NCBI GenBank assembly: GCA_001661245.1
Contig: KV454016.1
Coordinates: 165,868-229,867, forward strand
DNA from: Pachysolen tannophilus NRRL Y-2460
Lineage: Eukaryota
Direction of reading: 5' to 3'
Length of the DNA stretch: 64,000 bases
Of the stretch, positions 12,354 to 24,882 are shown piece after piece; position 1 is the stretch's first letter; every line of letters starts with the position of its first letter. The notes beneath the pieces are model-generated. The model worked only from the letters and a program-made list of their open reading frames with translations. It was not told the DNA's origin and did not search any database. The translations under genes were made by a program, and so were the position numbers.

Positions 12354-15300
12354 ATGCAGCCTTGTAAGAACTTTAGCAATGAAATGAGTGCTTTGGGTGA
12401 TGATGTTGAAGAAAACATGGCAAAAAGTTTTAGGATTCATATGTATATGTTTCTTGATTTGAAAAAAGACTTGTTGTTGTTAGGATGTTGCTTGGTTGTT
12501 ACCATTATAGCTTCACTATCTCCTACTGCTATGACCATATTGTTGGGGAAAGTATTTGGTGTTTTATCCAGTTATGTAGATGGGGAATATGATACTTTTG
12601 GAGATTTTATAAATCATTTGAGACTTAATTGTTTCAGTATTTTGGCATTAGGTGCTCTTACTTTGATTTTTTCTTGGATAATGATTACTCAATGGATGAA
12701 ATTAGGTGAAATTCAACAAAGAAGAGCAAGAAAATTATTATATGCATCTTTTTTCAAAAAAAAAATCTCTTGGTTTGAAGAAAATTTAGAATTAAATGGT
12801 GATATTGTTCAAGTTAATAGATGTTTTGAAGAATTAAGATGTGGACTTAGTGAATGCAGTGCATTGTGTTTACAATGCATCTTTTCAATAATTGCATTGA
12901 TTTTAACAAGTTTTATATATTCTTGGTCATTAACCTTGATAATATTAAGTTCAACCCCTTTGATTTCTTTTATTGCTTATTTTTTCACTAGATTAATAGA
13001 AAAACATACAGTTTTAGAAAATTTACAAACAACAAATTCAGCAAAGATTTTAGATAAATATTTAACATCTCCAAAGATAATCAAAATTTTTGGTACAGAA
13101 AGTAAAGAATTGCAAAAATTTATTATTTCAAATGGAAATTCTAAAAAAGAATTTGAAAAATTATGTTTATATTCTTCATTAAATTTAGGTATCTTGAGAG
13201 CATTACTTTTAACAATGTTTGTCCAAGGTTTTTGGTATGGATCATATTTAGTTAACAATAAAAAATTATCAAGTGGAACCGTATTAACATGTTTTACTTG
13301 TTGTTTAATGATTGCAGAAACTTTTAATGGAATCACAGAACAATTATTAATTTTCCAAAAAGCAAACATTGCTTTAAAGAAAATTGTTAAATTTATTGGA
13401 ATTGAAAATTTGAATTCATCACAACATGGAAATATAAAAGATACAATTTCATTATACCCAAGACAAGTTGAATTTAATATTATTTTTGAAGATATTAATT
13501 TTTCATATGAATCAAGACCAGAAGTAATGGTTTTAAAAAATTTAAACATCTTTATACAAGAAAATCAAACAACTTTTATTGTTGGTAAATCAGGATCAGG
13601 GAAATCAACATTGGCATCACTATTAATGAAATTTTATAAATTACAAACAGGTAATATCTTTATAGGTGGTTTTAACATTAAATATTTAGATTCAGATTGG
13701 ATTTCTGATTTTATTACATTAGTTCAACAAGATGTCACTTTATTCAAAGATACAATTAAAAATAATATTGCTTTAGGGCTTGCTTCAAGACAAGAAATTA
13801 ATAAAGTACCAGAAAGTACATTAGACGAAGCTATTCAAATGTGTTTATTACAAAAAATGATTAACGATTTTCCTGAAGGTTTAAATACAGAAATTGGTGT
13901 AAATACTGGAGTTACACTTAGCAATGGTCAACAGCAAAGAATCGCTTTAGCTAGAGCCAGAATAAGAGATACTCCGATATTAATACTTGACGAGTTTGTT
14001 AGTGCTTTGGATATTGCTTCTAGAGAATTATTGGTTAAAGCTGTTAAGGCTTGGAGAAGGGGTAAAACTACAATCATAATGACTCATGAATATTCCCAGA
14101 TAGATGATGATGATTATATTTATGTGATGGAAAATGGATCTGTTATTGAATCCGGATACAAAAAAGAATTATCTTGTTATGATAATGGAGAGTTTAACAA
14201 ACTTTCAAATTGTGAACAACAAAATGTGGTCAGCAATGAAAATAATGAAAATAATGAAAATAATGAAAATAATGAAATGGAAAATCCTTTTGAAGATGAA
14301 TACAAGAGTGAACTTTATTATAATGAAAGCGAATATGAGACTCTTGCTTCACCTTCAGAGCAAGTTCAAAACAAAAATGAAAATCCATTCTGTGATACAG
14401 AGTCCTTAAAGATTTACAATAGTAGGACCACTGCAATTAATACAATTGAAATTGAAAATGATGAAATATACAATAAAGAAAAAGAATTCATTTTGACTAC
14501 CGTAGGAAGAAGATTGTCATCAAGCATTTTGAGAGCTTCAAATTCATTTTTTGCTTCAACACTGAACCACGAAACTCAGGATGATTCATATGATATTGAA
14601 AAATTGGCTCTAAAAATGACTAATCAACAACTTGAGCCTACATTTGCTAGATCAATGAAGCAAAAAAATAAAACTATCCTCAATAATACACAAGAAGTTA
14701 AAATCTGCAATGAATCAGAAGCAAACGAAGAAAACAAAGAAAACTTGATGAGTTTATTAGAAATTTTCAAATTTATGAATAAACGCATAAAGTCAAAAGG
14801 ACTCATTTTCCTTGGAATCTTGTTCTCTATAGCTAATGGTGTAATAAATCCTATGTTTTCCTGGGCTTTTAGCCGGTTACTAGTTGGGATTATTCCAACA
14901 AGTGGGAATAACTATGACAGCCTGTACTTATTAAAATGGGCTTTAATAGTTGTATTATTTGCTGTTCTTGATGGCTTAACTTCTTTTTTGAAAAGATTTT
15001 TGTTAGGTATTGCAACGGAAAATTGGATATTTCAAATAAGAAACGAAGTCTATGAGAAGTTATTACAACAGGACCTAACTTGGTTCTCGCAACAACTGAC
15101 CAAACCGGCCGAAATCTCTGCCTTAGTATTAAATGATGCAAGAGATTTGAGAAACTTGATTTCCGAATTTTTGAACATTTCCGTAACTGTTGTAGTTATG
15201 ACATTACTAGGTCTAATCTGGTCAATTGTAGAAGGTTGGAAGCTATCACTTGTTGGAATTTCATTGATACCAACGTTTATCTTAATCACTTTGTGCTATG

Positions 15301-16553
15301 GAGGTATTTTACTGTCAGCAGAGAATAAGTACAAATCTGCAATAGCTGCATTAGAAAATCTCATGCATGAAACAATTGTTGGTGTTAAAACTATCAAATG
15401 TCTTCGATTGAACTCTTATTTTTGGGCTAAGTTTGATGAAAGGTTCTTCGAGTTGGCTAAAACCGGAAATAGAAGAGCAATTGGTACTGGATTTGGAGTT
15501 TCGGTTTTTGTGTTATTATGCTATCTGGCTCAATCCATCTTATTATACTACGGGATGAGGTTAGTTGGTTTGGGAGAATATTCATCTTCACAGTTGATGA
15601 AAATCTATACATTGCTCTTATTTACCATTATGAGTGCCTCTCAGTTGATTAATCAAGTTCCTGATGTTGCTAGGGGTAAACGAGCAGGAAGTCATTTGAT
15701 TAAATTGTTATCTTTGGAACTGTCAGTTACAGAATTTTCAGGGAAATCAAAACCTGAATTTAATAGCATTAAACATGATTGCACAATCATTAGGTTTAAC
15801 GAAGTCAATTTCTCGTATCCTTCCAAGCCAACAGTTCCAATATTGAAGAAAATGGATTTTCAAATAAAAGTTGGAGAAACTGTTGGAATCATTGGGGAAT
15901 CAGGTTCTGGTAAATCTACAATTTTAGCTTTATTAGCAAAGTTATTTTCAACAGATCTGAATGAAATATATATCGGGGATTCAGATATAAATGATATAGA
16001 CACAAAATATTTAAGAAGAATGATTTCTGTGGTTTCGGCTAACGCAATGTTTTTTGAAGGTTCTGTTGAATCTAATTTAACATATGGGTTGTTGCTGGAA
16101 GAATATACTCAAGAAGATATTGTCAAAGCTTTAAAATCAGCAAACATTTACGATTTTGTGATATCTTTACCTCAAGGGTTAGAGACAATAATTGGAGATT
16201 CTGCAAACTTGTTGATTTCAGGAGGACAAGCGCAGAGACTAGCTATTGCAAGAGCGTTATTAAGGAATCCAAAAATTTTAATCCTAGACGAATGTACTTC
16301 TGCGCTCGATGCTCATAGTACTACGAAAATAGCTGAATTAATTAGGGACAATCTAAGTTTCAACAAGAACATTACCACTTTAATCATCACTCATTCTGAA
16401 TTTTTAATGAAAACTGCAAATAGAATTTTATGTCTAAAGGAAGGGGAGATTTGTGAAGAAGGTTCATTTAATGAATTATACAGATCACGGGGGGAATTAT
16501 ACCGCATTGTTTCTGCTGGCAAGAACAGTACCATCACTGACATAACCACCTAG
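12354..16553 (+). CDS. STE6: a-factor exporting ABC transporter (ABCB, full size)
   Basis: Two TMD-NBD halves; Walker A GKSGSGKST and GESGSGKST; ISGGQAQRLAIARALLRNPKILILDECTSALD. Next to UBA1, as in S. cerevisiae. Start ATG uncertain (12354 or 12384). Confidence 0.9.
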   Translation: MQPCKNFSNEMSALGDDVEENMAKSFRIHMYMFLDLKKDLLLLGCCLVVTIIASLSPTAMTILLGKVFGVLSSYVDGEYDTFGDFINHLRLNCFSILALGALTLIFSWIMITQWMKLGEIQQRRARKLLYASFFKKKISWFEENLELNGDIVQVNRCFEELRCGLSECSALCLQCIFSIIALILTSFIYSWSLTLIILSSTPLISFIAYFFTRLIEKHTVLENLQTTNSAKILDKYLTSPKIIKIFGTESKELQKFIISNGNSKKEFEKLCLYSSLNLGILRALLLTMFVQGFWYGSYLVNNKKLSSGTVLTCFTCCLMIAETFNGITEQLLIFQKANIALKKIVKFIGIENLNSSQHGNIKDTISLYPRQVEFNIIFEDINFSYESRPEVMVLKNLNIFIQENQTTFIVGKSGSGKSTLASLLMKFYKLQTGNIFIGGFNIKYLDSDWISDFITLVQQDVTLFKDTIKNNIALGLASRQEINKVPESTLDEAIQMCLLQKMINDFPEGLNTEIGVNTGVTLSNGQQQRIALARARIRDTPILILDEFVSALDIASRELLVKAVKAWRRGKTTIIMTHEYSQIDDDDYIYVMENGSVIESGYKKELSCYDNGEFNKLSNCEQQNVVSNENNENNENNENNEMENPFEDEYKSELYYNESEYETLASPSEQVQNKNENPFCDTESLKIYNSRTTAINTIEIENDEIYNKEKEFILTTVGRRLSSSILRASNSFFASTLNHETQDDSYDIEKLALKMTNQQLEPTFARSMKQKNKTILNNTQEVKICNESEANEENKENLMSLLEIFKFMNKRIKSKGLIFLGILFSIANGVINPMFSWAFSRLLVGIIPTSGNNYDSLYLLKWALIVVLFAVLDGLTSFLKRFLLGIATENWIFQIRNEVYEKLLQQDLTWFSQQLTKPAEISALVLNDARDLRNLISEFLNISVTVVVMTLLGLIWSIVEGWKLSLVGISLIPTFILITLCYGGILLSAENKYKSAIAALENLMHETIVGVKTIKCLRLNSYFWAKFDERFFELAKTGNRRAIGTGFGVSVFVLLCYLAQSILLYYGMRLVGLGEYSSSQLMKIYTLLLFTIMSASQLINQVPDVARGKRAGSHLIKLLSLELSVTEFSGKSKPEFNSIKHDCTIIRFNEVNFSYPSKPTVPILKKMDFQIKVGETVGIIGESGSGKSTILALLAKLFSTDLNEIYIGDSDINDIDTKYLRRMISVVSANAMFFEGSVESNLTYGLLLEEYTQEDIVKALKSANIYDFVISLPQGLETIIGDSANLLISGGQAQRLAIARALLRNPKILILDECTSALDAHSTTKIAELIRDNLSFNKNITTLIITHSEFLMKTANRILCLKEGEICEEGSFNELYRSRGELYRIVSAGKNSTITDITT

Positions 16554-16823
16554 TAAATAGTTATATATGTTTTTTTTTCTTTTTTCTTTTTAGAGTCTTG
16601 ATTTACGGTTTGTTCATGATTTAGAAGTTTCTTTCCATTATTTTTATCTTCATATTAAAAAATTTGAACCAATGTATAACACATAAACATAGATATATAA
16701 GGAAGTAAATTCAAACATTTTAGCAACTTTACACAAAGCAAAAAAAAAAAAAAAAAAAAAAGAAAAATCAAATAGCTGCAAAAACAGAAGTCCCAAAAAC
16801 TAAGTTATAGCTCGATATTGGGT

Positions 16824-19800
16824 TTATAAATGAACACAGATATAAGGAACTTCTACATCCTCACCTTCTTTATCATCTGTACAAATTTCAAAAATTAATG
16901 TCTTTTCGTGTTCCAGAATATCTTTCTTTGAAACCTCTTTAATTAATTCAGTTAATTTTAAAGGGTATCTATCGTTTAATTTTTTCTTTGGAAAGAAAGA
17001 AGCATATAATAATGAAACCCCATACGATAACATTGTTATTTCTAATCCTTCCTCTTGTTGAAATTTATCTAATAATTCTTTCAAAGTGATATTACCCTTG
17101 ATATCAAATCTATCCCAAATTTTATCAAATTTCTTTCCATTATATTCACCTTGAGGAGATTTGATTGGTTCTGAAAATCCAATAAATGGTAAAGCCAAAT
17201 TAACAAATCCATTTTTATATTGTTCAATATCATCTTTTCCAGCAACTACTTTATATAATTCCAAGCAAACTAAACCTGTGACCAATGCAGTTGTTGTTGC
17301 AATTGCAGGTATAATTCTTCCTGCAATGAATTTTGTCTTTTGTTTATCTGCTGTTTGTATAGAATAATTCAAAGCTCTACAATTAGATGCAGCAGCAATA
17401 AATTCAATGTGATGATTTGTATCATCATCTTTTTCAAAACTGACCGGATTTAATCTATAACCAGCTAATGTTGAAGGTGAAGGTAATGAAGCTGCCAAAT
17501 TCTTAAGTTCAGCAGAATCCAAGTCTGAGGAATTACTCGAAGGATCTGGTTCATTATCATTTGTTTGAATTTTAATATCACTTCTAGGGGAAAATGGTTT
17601 AATTTCAATTTCTGAAACAACTTTATTATAAAAACTTCTATCAGGTTCACCTTGATCACCTTTTAAACCATATATATATGCCAATAAATTAGCACCACCA
17701 ACAACAAAATGGAAATGGTCATCATTATTAATATCAAATTCTAAAGGTTCAGGAGCTCTTTTTGGGCCTGACCAAAAAGGTGCACCAGTTGATGTTGTTG
17801 CATCCTTTGGGAAGTTATATAACAATTGTTTAATTTCATAATTAAATTTTTCTTGAAATTCTAATCTAGCCCAACGAATACATTCTTCAAATGTATAAGG
17901 TCTATTTTTCAAATATTTAAAAATTGTTTCCAAAATACCTTTAACATCACCACTTTGTTTTAAAGTACTTTCAACAAAATTTGGTTGTGAAAGGTATAAA
18001 TTAACATTTTCAGCAGCATCTGCAAAATAACCTTGAAATAAAGATTTTGCCCAAGCAATTGTATGATCAATTTTATTTGGGAAAGATCTTAAAGTACATA
18101 AAGGTATAGATTTTTCTGGAGGATCTTGTGATGAAGAATATGATTCTGTTAAATTTGGAATAACAACTTGAGTATTTCCCTTAGTACCTAAAGTACCTGA
18201 TTCCAATAAAGGTTTCTTAAAAAAGACACAACGACGATCAACATAAGTTCTTGCATCAACATTATCCAATGCATTAGTAACAAAATCCAAACTTTCCCAA
18301 AAATCGTTATTAAAAATATGTTCAGTATCTGAACCCACTTTTTCTAATCTTGATTCAATATGACCAATTAATTCAGGGTTCATTTCAATAACTGCAGAAG
18401 CTGCACATTCTGATTTATTTTTACCAACATCTTTTGGCCTAAATAAGAATTGTCTATTTAAATTAGATTTTTCAATTGAATCCATATCTGTTATAATAAT
18501 TTTACCTTGTGGTCCTGAACCAAGTCCCATCATTGCCCAATTTTTCAACATTTCACAACCAATTGCACCTGAACCAACCAAGAAAACTTTAACATTTGCA
18601 ATTTTTCTTTGAAAATCCAAACCAAATACTGCTATTTGATTATCATAACGGGATCCAATTGGTTTACAAGTTTCTTCATTTCTTAAATATAAATCATTTG
18701 GAGGTAATGATTCTAATGAATCAAAATATAACCATTGTTTAATTGGAGAAAATTTCCCCGAGCAAGCTTTTAATACTTCTTGTGCAACAAGACCACCAAA
18801 GAATGCGACAACACCTGGTATATCACCTCTTGCTTGATATGATAATTCTTTAATTAAATTTTCATCAATTTTTAAATCCAGAGTAATTTGATTTTTTTTT
18901 GCTAAATTTTGAGTTAATTTCACCAATTCAATTGCATCATTTTCATTATGTGGTCTTGGTAAAATTCCATTATTATTTGTTATAAAATGATGTAAAGCTT
19001 GAAATCCTAAATGTAATTGAGGTGGTCTATCAAATTTTGCATAATCAGAATAAAGAAATTCTGGATTAATAAGTTGTTTTGATAATGATTCAAATGAAAT
19101 TGTTTTTGGAACTTTAACTTGTGTAAAAATTCCACCTTTTTCATAACTACCTATTGAATTATCAAATTTAATTTTAAATGCATATGGACCTAATACTTCA
19201 ACTTGATATAAAGTACCATCATTTAATTTTTCCAAACCTTGAACTTCAGAAAATTTGACGAAATCACCATCTTCAAGACCATGACGATTATCATCCAACA
19301 TTGTTACAGTTCCATCTGATTCTATATCTGAAACAATTCCTTGATGAGGTTCTTCACCAGTTGGATCCAATATAACAAATTTATCACCAAAATCTACAAA
19401 GACATTTCCAAATAAACCTCTAACTTCTGTAGAAATAAATTTAATTCCATTTTTATGAGAAAATTCATTAATTGTTAATTGTTGTTGTAATGGTAAATCT
19501 GTAATAACTATAACTTGGAAATTTTTTAAAGTTGTCTCAGATAATTCTGAGATAACAGAAATTGGAACATAAGAATTTAATTCAGCTAATTTAGTCGCTG
19601 TTGATAATGCTCTTGGTTTACCAATATCTGATTCTGATAAAAAAAATTGACAAGATATATCTTCAAGTACTACATCATTTGGATCATATAAAGTTAAAGA
19701 TTTAACTCCGGCTAAGGCCACATTTTTGGCAATTTCAACACCTAAACCTTTTAATCCAATAATTAAAACACTTGATTTTTGCATTTGAAGCATAGCTTCT

Positions 19801-20006
19801 TTACCCAAAACATACAATTGTCTAGAATATAAACCTTCATCCATCTTATTATCTTCAGGTAAATCTACTTGCATCGTATTAGAGTCCTAAATTATTAAAA
19901 AAAAAATAATTTCCCTAAATATTATCAATTTGTTAGTACCAAATCAAACAAAGACCTAAAAAAATTAAAAAGCAAAAAAAAAAAAAAAACAATTACTTAC
20001 ACTCAT
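16824..20006 (-). CDS. UBA1: Ubiquitin-activating enzyme E1; micro-exon 20006-20001 (ATG AGT), intron 20000-19887
   Basis: [25 protein letters not shown], active site [17 protein letters not shown] at 20000, TACTAAC at 19938-19932. An alternative in-frame ATG lies at 20012. Confidence 0.96.
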
Positions 20007-20406
20007 CTTCATCAATCAATCTGATTAAAATAGAAATTGAATAGAGATAAAAACACTTTACAAATTATCAAGTTAAAATTTTTTTTTCTCAATTGTAAAA
20101 GTATATTTTAAATAAAATAAAGCTTACTAAACCTCTTTTACCAATTGCTTCAATTATTATTAATATTTAATACGAGCCAGCAAAGGAAACAGAGCTTCAA
20201 AAAAGAAGAAAAAAATCATTTTTGGAAGTGTTTTGAAAACTCAAAAAGCCCAAAAGGGTAATTTGTAGTGCTGATAAATACAAAAAAGGTGAAAAGGTCG
20301 TTTGGTTTTAGTACAAAAAGTACAGAAAAGAGGAAATAATACTGTTTCTGAGCCACTTTTTCTACAATAGGAAATCTGCAAAAAAGAAAAACGAAAAAGG
20401 CAAAAA

Positions 20407-20436
20407 AAGTCACGTGTAAATATTTACACGTGACTT
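20407..20436. promoter_or_regulatory. Perfect 30-bp palindrome carrying two inverted GTCACGTG (Cbf1/bHLH) sites
   Basis: AAGTCACGTGTAAAT|ATTTACACGTGACTT in the UBA1-MAS1 divergent promoter. Confidence 0.7.
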
Positions 20437-20775
20437 ATGCACACACGCCCACACCTTCACATTCACGTTCATTTTTTTTAAATTAAAAGAGGCGTGGATA
20501 TAGTTACCATTAAACCCCAAATTAGTAATTTTATTTTTTTTGCCCGCAATAGGGGTTTTTGACTTCCCAAAATAACTAAAAATTAAAAAAGTTTCCGGTT
20601 TTGGTTTTTTCCCCTTTTAAATTTTTTTTTTTTTTTTTTTTTTCCGCTTTCTCTTCTAGAACAGTTTATTTTTTGTAATAAGTAAAAGAAGTAGTATTAA
20701 ATATAAATATAACTAATAATAAATTTATTTTGCTAAGTTGATTGATTCTTTTTTATTATTATTATTATTATTATT

Positions 20776-22194
20776 ATGATCATGTTAAGGAGATTGGCTT
20801 TATCTAGGAACGTTTTTGGAAGTGGTTGTTTAAGTTTTCGTAGGGGACTTGCTTCTGTTTCTACAGCAGTTCCTAATACTAGAACTTCAGTTTTACCAAA
20901 TGGATTAACTGTGGCAACTGAGTTTATACCCAATACATCAAGTGCAACTGTTGGAGTTTGGATTGATGCTGGTTCGAGAGCAGATGTAGGAGATAATACG
21001 AGTGGGACTGCTCATTTTTTGGAGCATTTGGCTTTTAAAGGTACTCTGAATAGATCTCAATATAATTTAGAATTAGAAATTGAAAATATTGGTGCACATT
21101 TAAATGCTTATACTTCAAGAGAAAATACTGTTTATTATGCAAAAACTTTAAAAGATGATATTCCAAGAGCTGTTGATATTTTATCGGATATTTTAACAAG
21201 ATCAACTTTAGAAAAAATGGCTGTTGAAAAAGAAAGACCAGTTATAATAAGAGAAAGTGAAGAAGTTGATAAAATGTATGATGAAGTAGTTTTTGATAGA
21301 TTACATGAAGTTTGTTTTAAAAAACAACCTTTAGGAAGAACAATTTTAGGTCCAATTGAAAATATAAAATCTATAAATAGAGATGATTTAAAAAATTATA
21401 TAACAACAAATTATAAAGGTGATCGTATGGTTTTAGTTGGTGCTGGATGTGTTGATCATGAAGAATTAGTTAATTTTGCTCAACAATCTTTTGGTCATGT
21501 TCCAAAATCAACTCAACTGGCTCCATTAGGTACTCCTAGAGGGAAATTACCTGTTTTTTATGGTGATGAAGTTAAAATTAATGATTTATCATTACCAACA
21601 TCTCATGTTGTATTAGCAGTTGAAGGTGTATCTTGGAATGCACCTGATTATTTTACCGCTTTAGTAACCCAAGCTATAGTTGGTAATTGGGATAGAGCCA
21701 TGAATTATGGAAGTAATTCACCTTCTCCATTAGCATCGTCTGTATCAAACAATGGTAATCCTTTAGCTAATTCTTATATGTCATTTTCAACTTCATATTC
21801 AGATATTGGTTTATGGGGGATTTATTTGGTTACAGATAAAAATGCAAATTTAAAACCTTTAATTGATTCTGTTCTTCAAGAATGGCAAAGAATTAGAAAT
21901 GGAAATATTTCAAATGATGAAGTAGAAACTGCAAAATCTCAATTAAAAGGTTCTTTATTATTATCATTAGATGGTTCTACAGCTATTGCTGAAGATATTG
22001 GAAGACAAATTGTTACAACAGGTCATAGATTATCACCAGAAGAAGTTTTCCAAAGAGTAAACAAAATTAATAAAGATGATGTAATTGCTTGGGCAAATTG
22101 GAAATTAACAAATAAACCAATTGCTATTGCTGCTTTAGGCAATGTAGAAAGTTTACCTTCACATGAGTATATTACTAAAGGTTTACGTTCTTGA
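20776..22194 (+). CDS. MAS1: Mitochondrial processing peptidase beta subunit
   Basis: HFLEH inverted zinc motif, LNAYTSRENTVYYAK, Arg-rich presequence. Confidence 0.96.
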   Translation: MIMLRRLALSRNVFGSGCLSFRRGLASVSTAVPNTRTSVLPNGLTVATEFIPNTSSATVGVWIDAGSRADVGDNTSGTAHFLEHLAFKGTLNRSQYNLELEIENIGAHLNAYTSRENTVYYAKTLKDDIPRAVDILSDILTRSTLEKMAVEKERPVIIRESEEVDKMYDEVVFDRLHEVCFKKQPLGRTILGPIENIKSINRDDLKNYITTNYKGDRMVLVGAGCVDHEELVNFAQQSFGHVPKSTQLAPLGTPRGKLPVFYGDEVKINDLSLPTSHVVLAVEGVSWNAPDYFTALVTQAIVGNWDRAMNYGSNSPSPLASSVSNNGNPLANSYMSFSTSYSDIGLWGIYLVTDKNANLKPLIDSVLQEWQRIRNGNISNDEVETAKSQLKGSLLLSLDGSTAIAEDIGRQIVTTGHRLSPEEVFQRVNKINKDDVIAWANWKLTNKPIAIAALGNVESLPSHEYITKGLRS

Positions 22195-22350
22195 AAATTT
22201 TTTTAATATATAAAATTTAAATCATGTATATACTAAATAAAATACTATATAAAAATATATATATATATTTATATAGTAAAAAAAATTTAAAAAAATTAAA
22301 AATTAAAAAATTATTATATTATATATTCATTAATAATAATGTTATAGATC

Positions 22351-23358
22351 ATGTCTTCTAGTATTAATATTGATTCAATCATTGAAGATAAAGTGAATCT
22401 ATATGAGTTATTAGAACTTGATGGTTTAAATTATAGAAATATAACTGAAAAAGAAGTACGAAGGCAATTTAGAAAAAAAGCATTAATATATCATCCAGAT
22501 AAGGATCCATCAATAGAGGCAAGAAAGAAATTTGAATTAATTTCTATAGCATTAAATATATTAGTTGATCCTAATTTAAAATCAAAATATGATAATTTTT
22601 TAGAGAAAGAGAAACAACAACTGGGTAAAGATGAAAAATTAAGTAAAGAATTATATGATTTAAAAATTGAATTACAAAAAAATGAACAATTTTTTAAAAA
22701 AAATTTATTTGAGAAAACACAAAGATTACAAAAAATTGAAAGATTAAAAGAAGATGGACTTAATAAAAGGAAACTTAAAGAAAAAGATCTTTTATTTATA
22801 AGAACAAATAATGATGATAATATAGATAAAGGAATCGAAAATAATGATCTTCCATTAAGACCAAATAAAAATTTTCAACAAGTTAATACTACTACTACTA
22901 GTACTAGAGGTACTATACCTTTAATAAAATTAAAATGGAAAAGAAAACCAGATTTGGTTGACCATATCAATGAAGAAACTATTATAGCAATAATGTCAAT
23001 ATTTGGTAAAATTGATTCTGTAAATTTATTAACTTTTAATAATAAATCAGAAAATATTAGGTATGATTATTGTTTGATACAATATCATGATTTATCATCA
23101 GTTCACGCTGCTTTAAATCATGATTATTCAAAAACTTCAAATATTTGGGATAATTCTGGTTTAAGAAAATTAAGCAGTTTACTACGAAATTGTGAAATTT
23201 ATAACGATAATGACCACAAAATTAATAAAGAAACTAATAGTTTAAATTTAAATACAAAAATTTCTAAAATTGATAAAAAAAATCTTTATTATGAAGATTA
23301 TTTTGAAAAAACTATTTCTAAAATGTCATTTTTTGAAAGAAATAAAAATTTCATCTAA
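22351..23358 (+). CDS. CWC23: J-domain spliceosome protein with a C-terminal RRM-like region
   Basis: N-terminal J domain with HPD (YHPDKD), coiled coil, then LKWKR…MSIFGKID RRM-like segment. Confidence 0.7.
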   Translation: MSSSINIDSIIEDKVNLYELLELDGLNYRNITEKEVRRQFRKKALIYHPDKDPSIEARKKFELISIALNILVDPNLKSKYDNFLEKEKQQLGKDEKLSKELYDLKIELQKNEQFFKKNLFEKTQRLQKIERLKEDGLNKRKLKEKDLLFIRTNNDDNIDKGIENNDLPLRPNKNFQQVNTTTTSTRGTIPLIKLKWKRKPDLVDHINEETIIAIMSIFGKIDSVNLLTFNNKSENIRYDYCLIQYHDLSSVHAALNHDYSKTSNIWDNSGLRKLSSLLRNCEIYNDNDHKINKETNSLNLNTKISKIDKKNLYYEDYFEKTISKMSFFERNKNFI

Positions 23359-23943
23359 CATATATATATATTTATATGATTAAATTTCTTAACCTAGATG
23401 GAAAACTAAATATTCATATTATTTCTAGTAATTCATCATCATTATCAAATAATACTTGATTCTATTTTCAATTAGGTTAATAAAATCGTACTAAAAAAAG
23501 AGCGATACGCATCATAGCCGATTTTTTGCGCTTATAGTTATACGCACTCAGCGTACGCGTATATACACGATATCAGCGATACGCTAGTTACGTTTTATAT
23601 GCTTATCAAATGCGTGCGCACATAAAGCTGTTAGCGTACCGCAACGGTATACCACAACCAGTGCACCGCAGATGCCCTTTTAATGCGCACCGCACAAATG
23701 GTTTGTTTGTTTTCATTTTTACGAAAACAGTTTTAAAAAAAAAACATCTCTCTTTTATATAATTGTTAAAAGTAAAATAAATAGGTTTATATATTTATAT
23801 AATTCATTCATTCATTTAGTTATAGTTTAACAAATCAGTCATTTGGGGGGTTTAGGAAAAGAAAGAAAAAAAATATAAAGATTAGAAATAAGGGAATTTT
23901 ACGTTTAATAGCTATAGTAAATATATATGTATAAACAACAAAA

Positions 23944-24882
23944 ATGTCATTCTTTCAGAATTTGTAAGTTTTAAACTCTAAGAATTTTAAAGGCAAAAAA
24001 AAAAAAACAACAAAAAAACAAATAAAAGGTAAACAAGATTGATTACTAACAAAGTGTACAATTGTACACCGATTTTATAGGCATTTGAACAATAATACGA
24101 ACGGTCATACGATAAAGACAAATAGAGGGTTTAAGAAAGCTGGGGGTCAAGCTATAGGTAGTCTTTCACCAGAACAACAGCTGCTATCGTCACCTACATA
24201 TCCACATCAACAACAACAACAACAACAGCAGCAGCAGCAACAGCAATCGAATACGAATACGAATACGAATACGAATATAACCAGTCATAAAGATATTAGG
24301 AATTATGCCGAGTCTACATTAGGTTCCGGCAGTGCTCTTGCGCAAGCAGTTAAATTGCCATTGGATGAAGATGTTAATGAATGGATTGCAGTACACGTTG
24401 TAGATTTTTATAATCAAATCAATATGTTATATGGTACAATCACAGAGTTTTGTTCTCCAACAACTTGTCCCAGAATGATTGCAACACCTGAATATGAATA
24501 TTTATGGCAAGATTCTACTTCTAGAGATAAAAAACCTGTTTCTTTAAGTGCGCCAATGTATGTCGAGTCATTAATGCGTTGGATTCAAGGGTTTTTCGAT
24601 GATGATAATGTTTTCCCTTCAAAGATTGGTGCACCATTTCCACCAAGGTTCCAAACTCTTGTTAAAACTATAATGAAGAGATTATTTAGAATTTATGCAC
24701 ATATTTATTGTCACCATTTTGATGAAATTACTGAATTGGGCTTACAAACCCATTTAAATACTTCTTTAAAACATTTCATATTGTTTTCAAAAGAATTTGA
24801 TTTGGTTCAAGATAAGGATTTTGGACCTTTAAGAGAATTACTTCAAGCAATGTTACAAGATGATAAAAAAACTCCCATCTAA
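23944..24882 (+). CDS. MOB1: Mitotic exit network kinase activator; exons 23944-23963 and 24081-24882
   Basis: MSFFQN start, GTAAGT at 23964, TACTAAC, TAG ending 24080; [17 protein letters not shown]…[14 protein letters not shown]. Confidence 0.95.
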
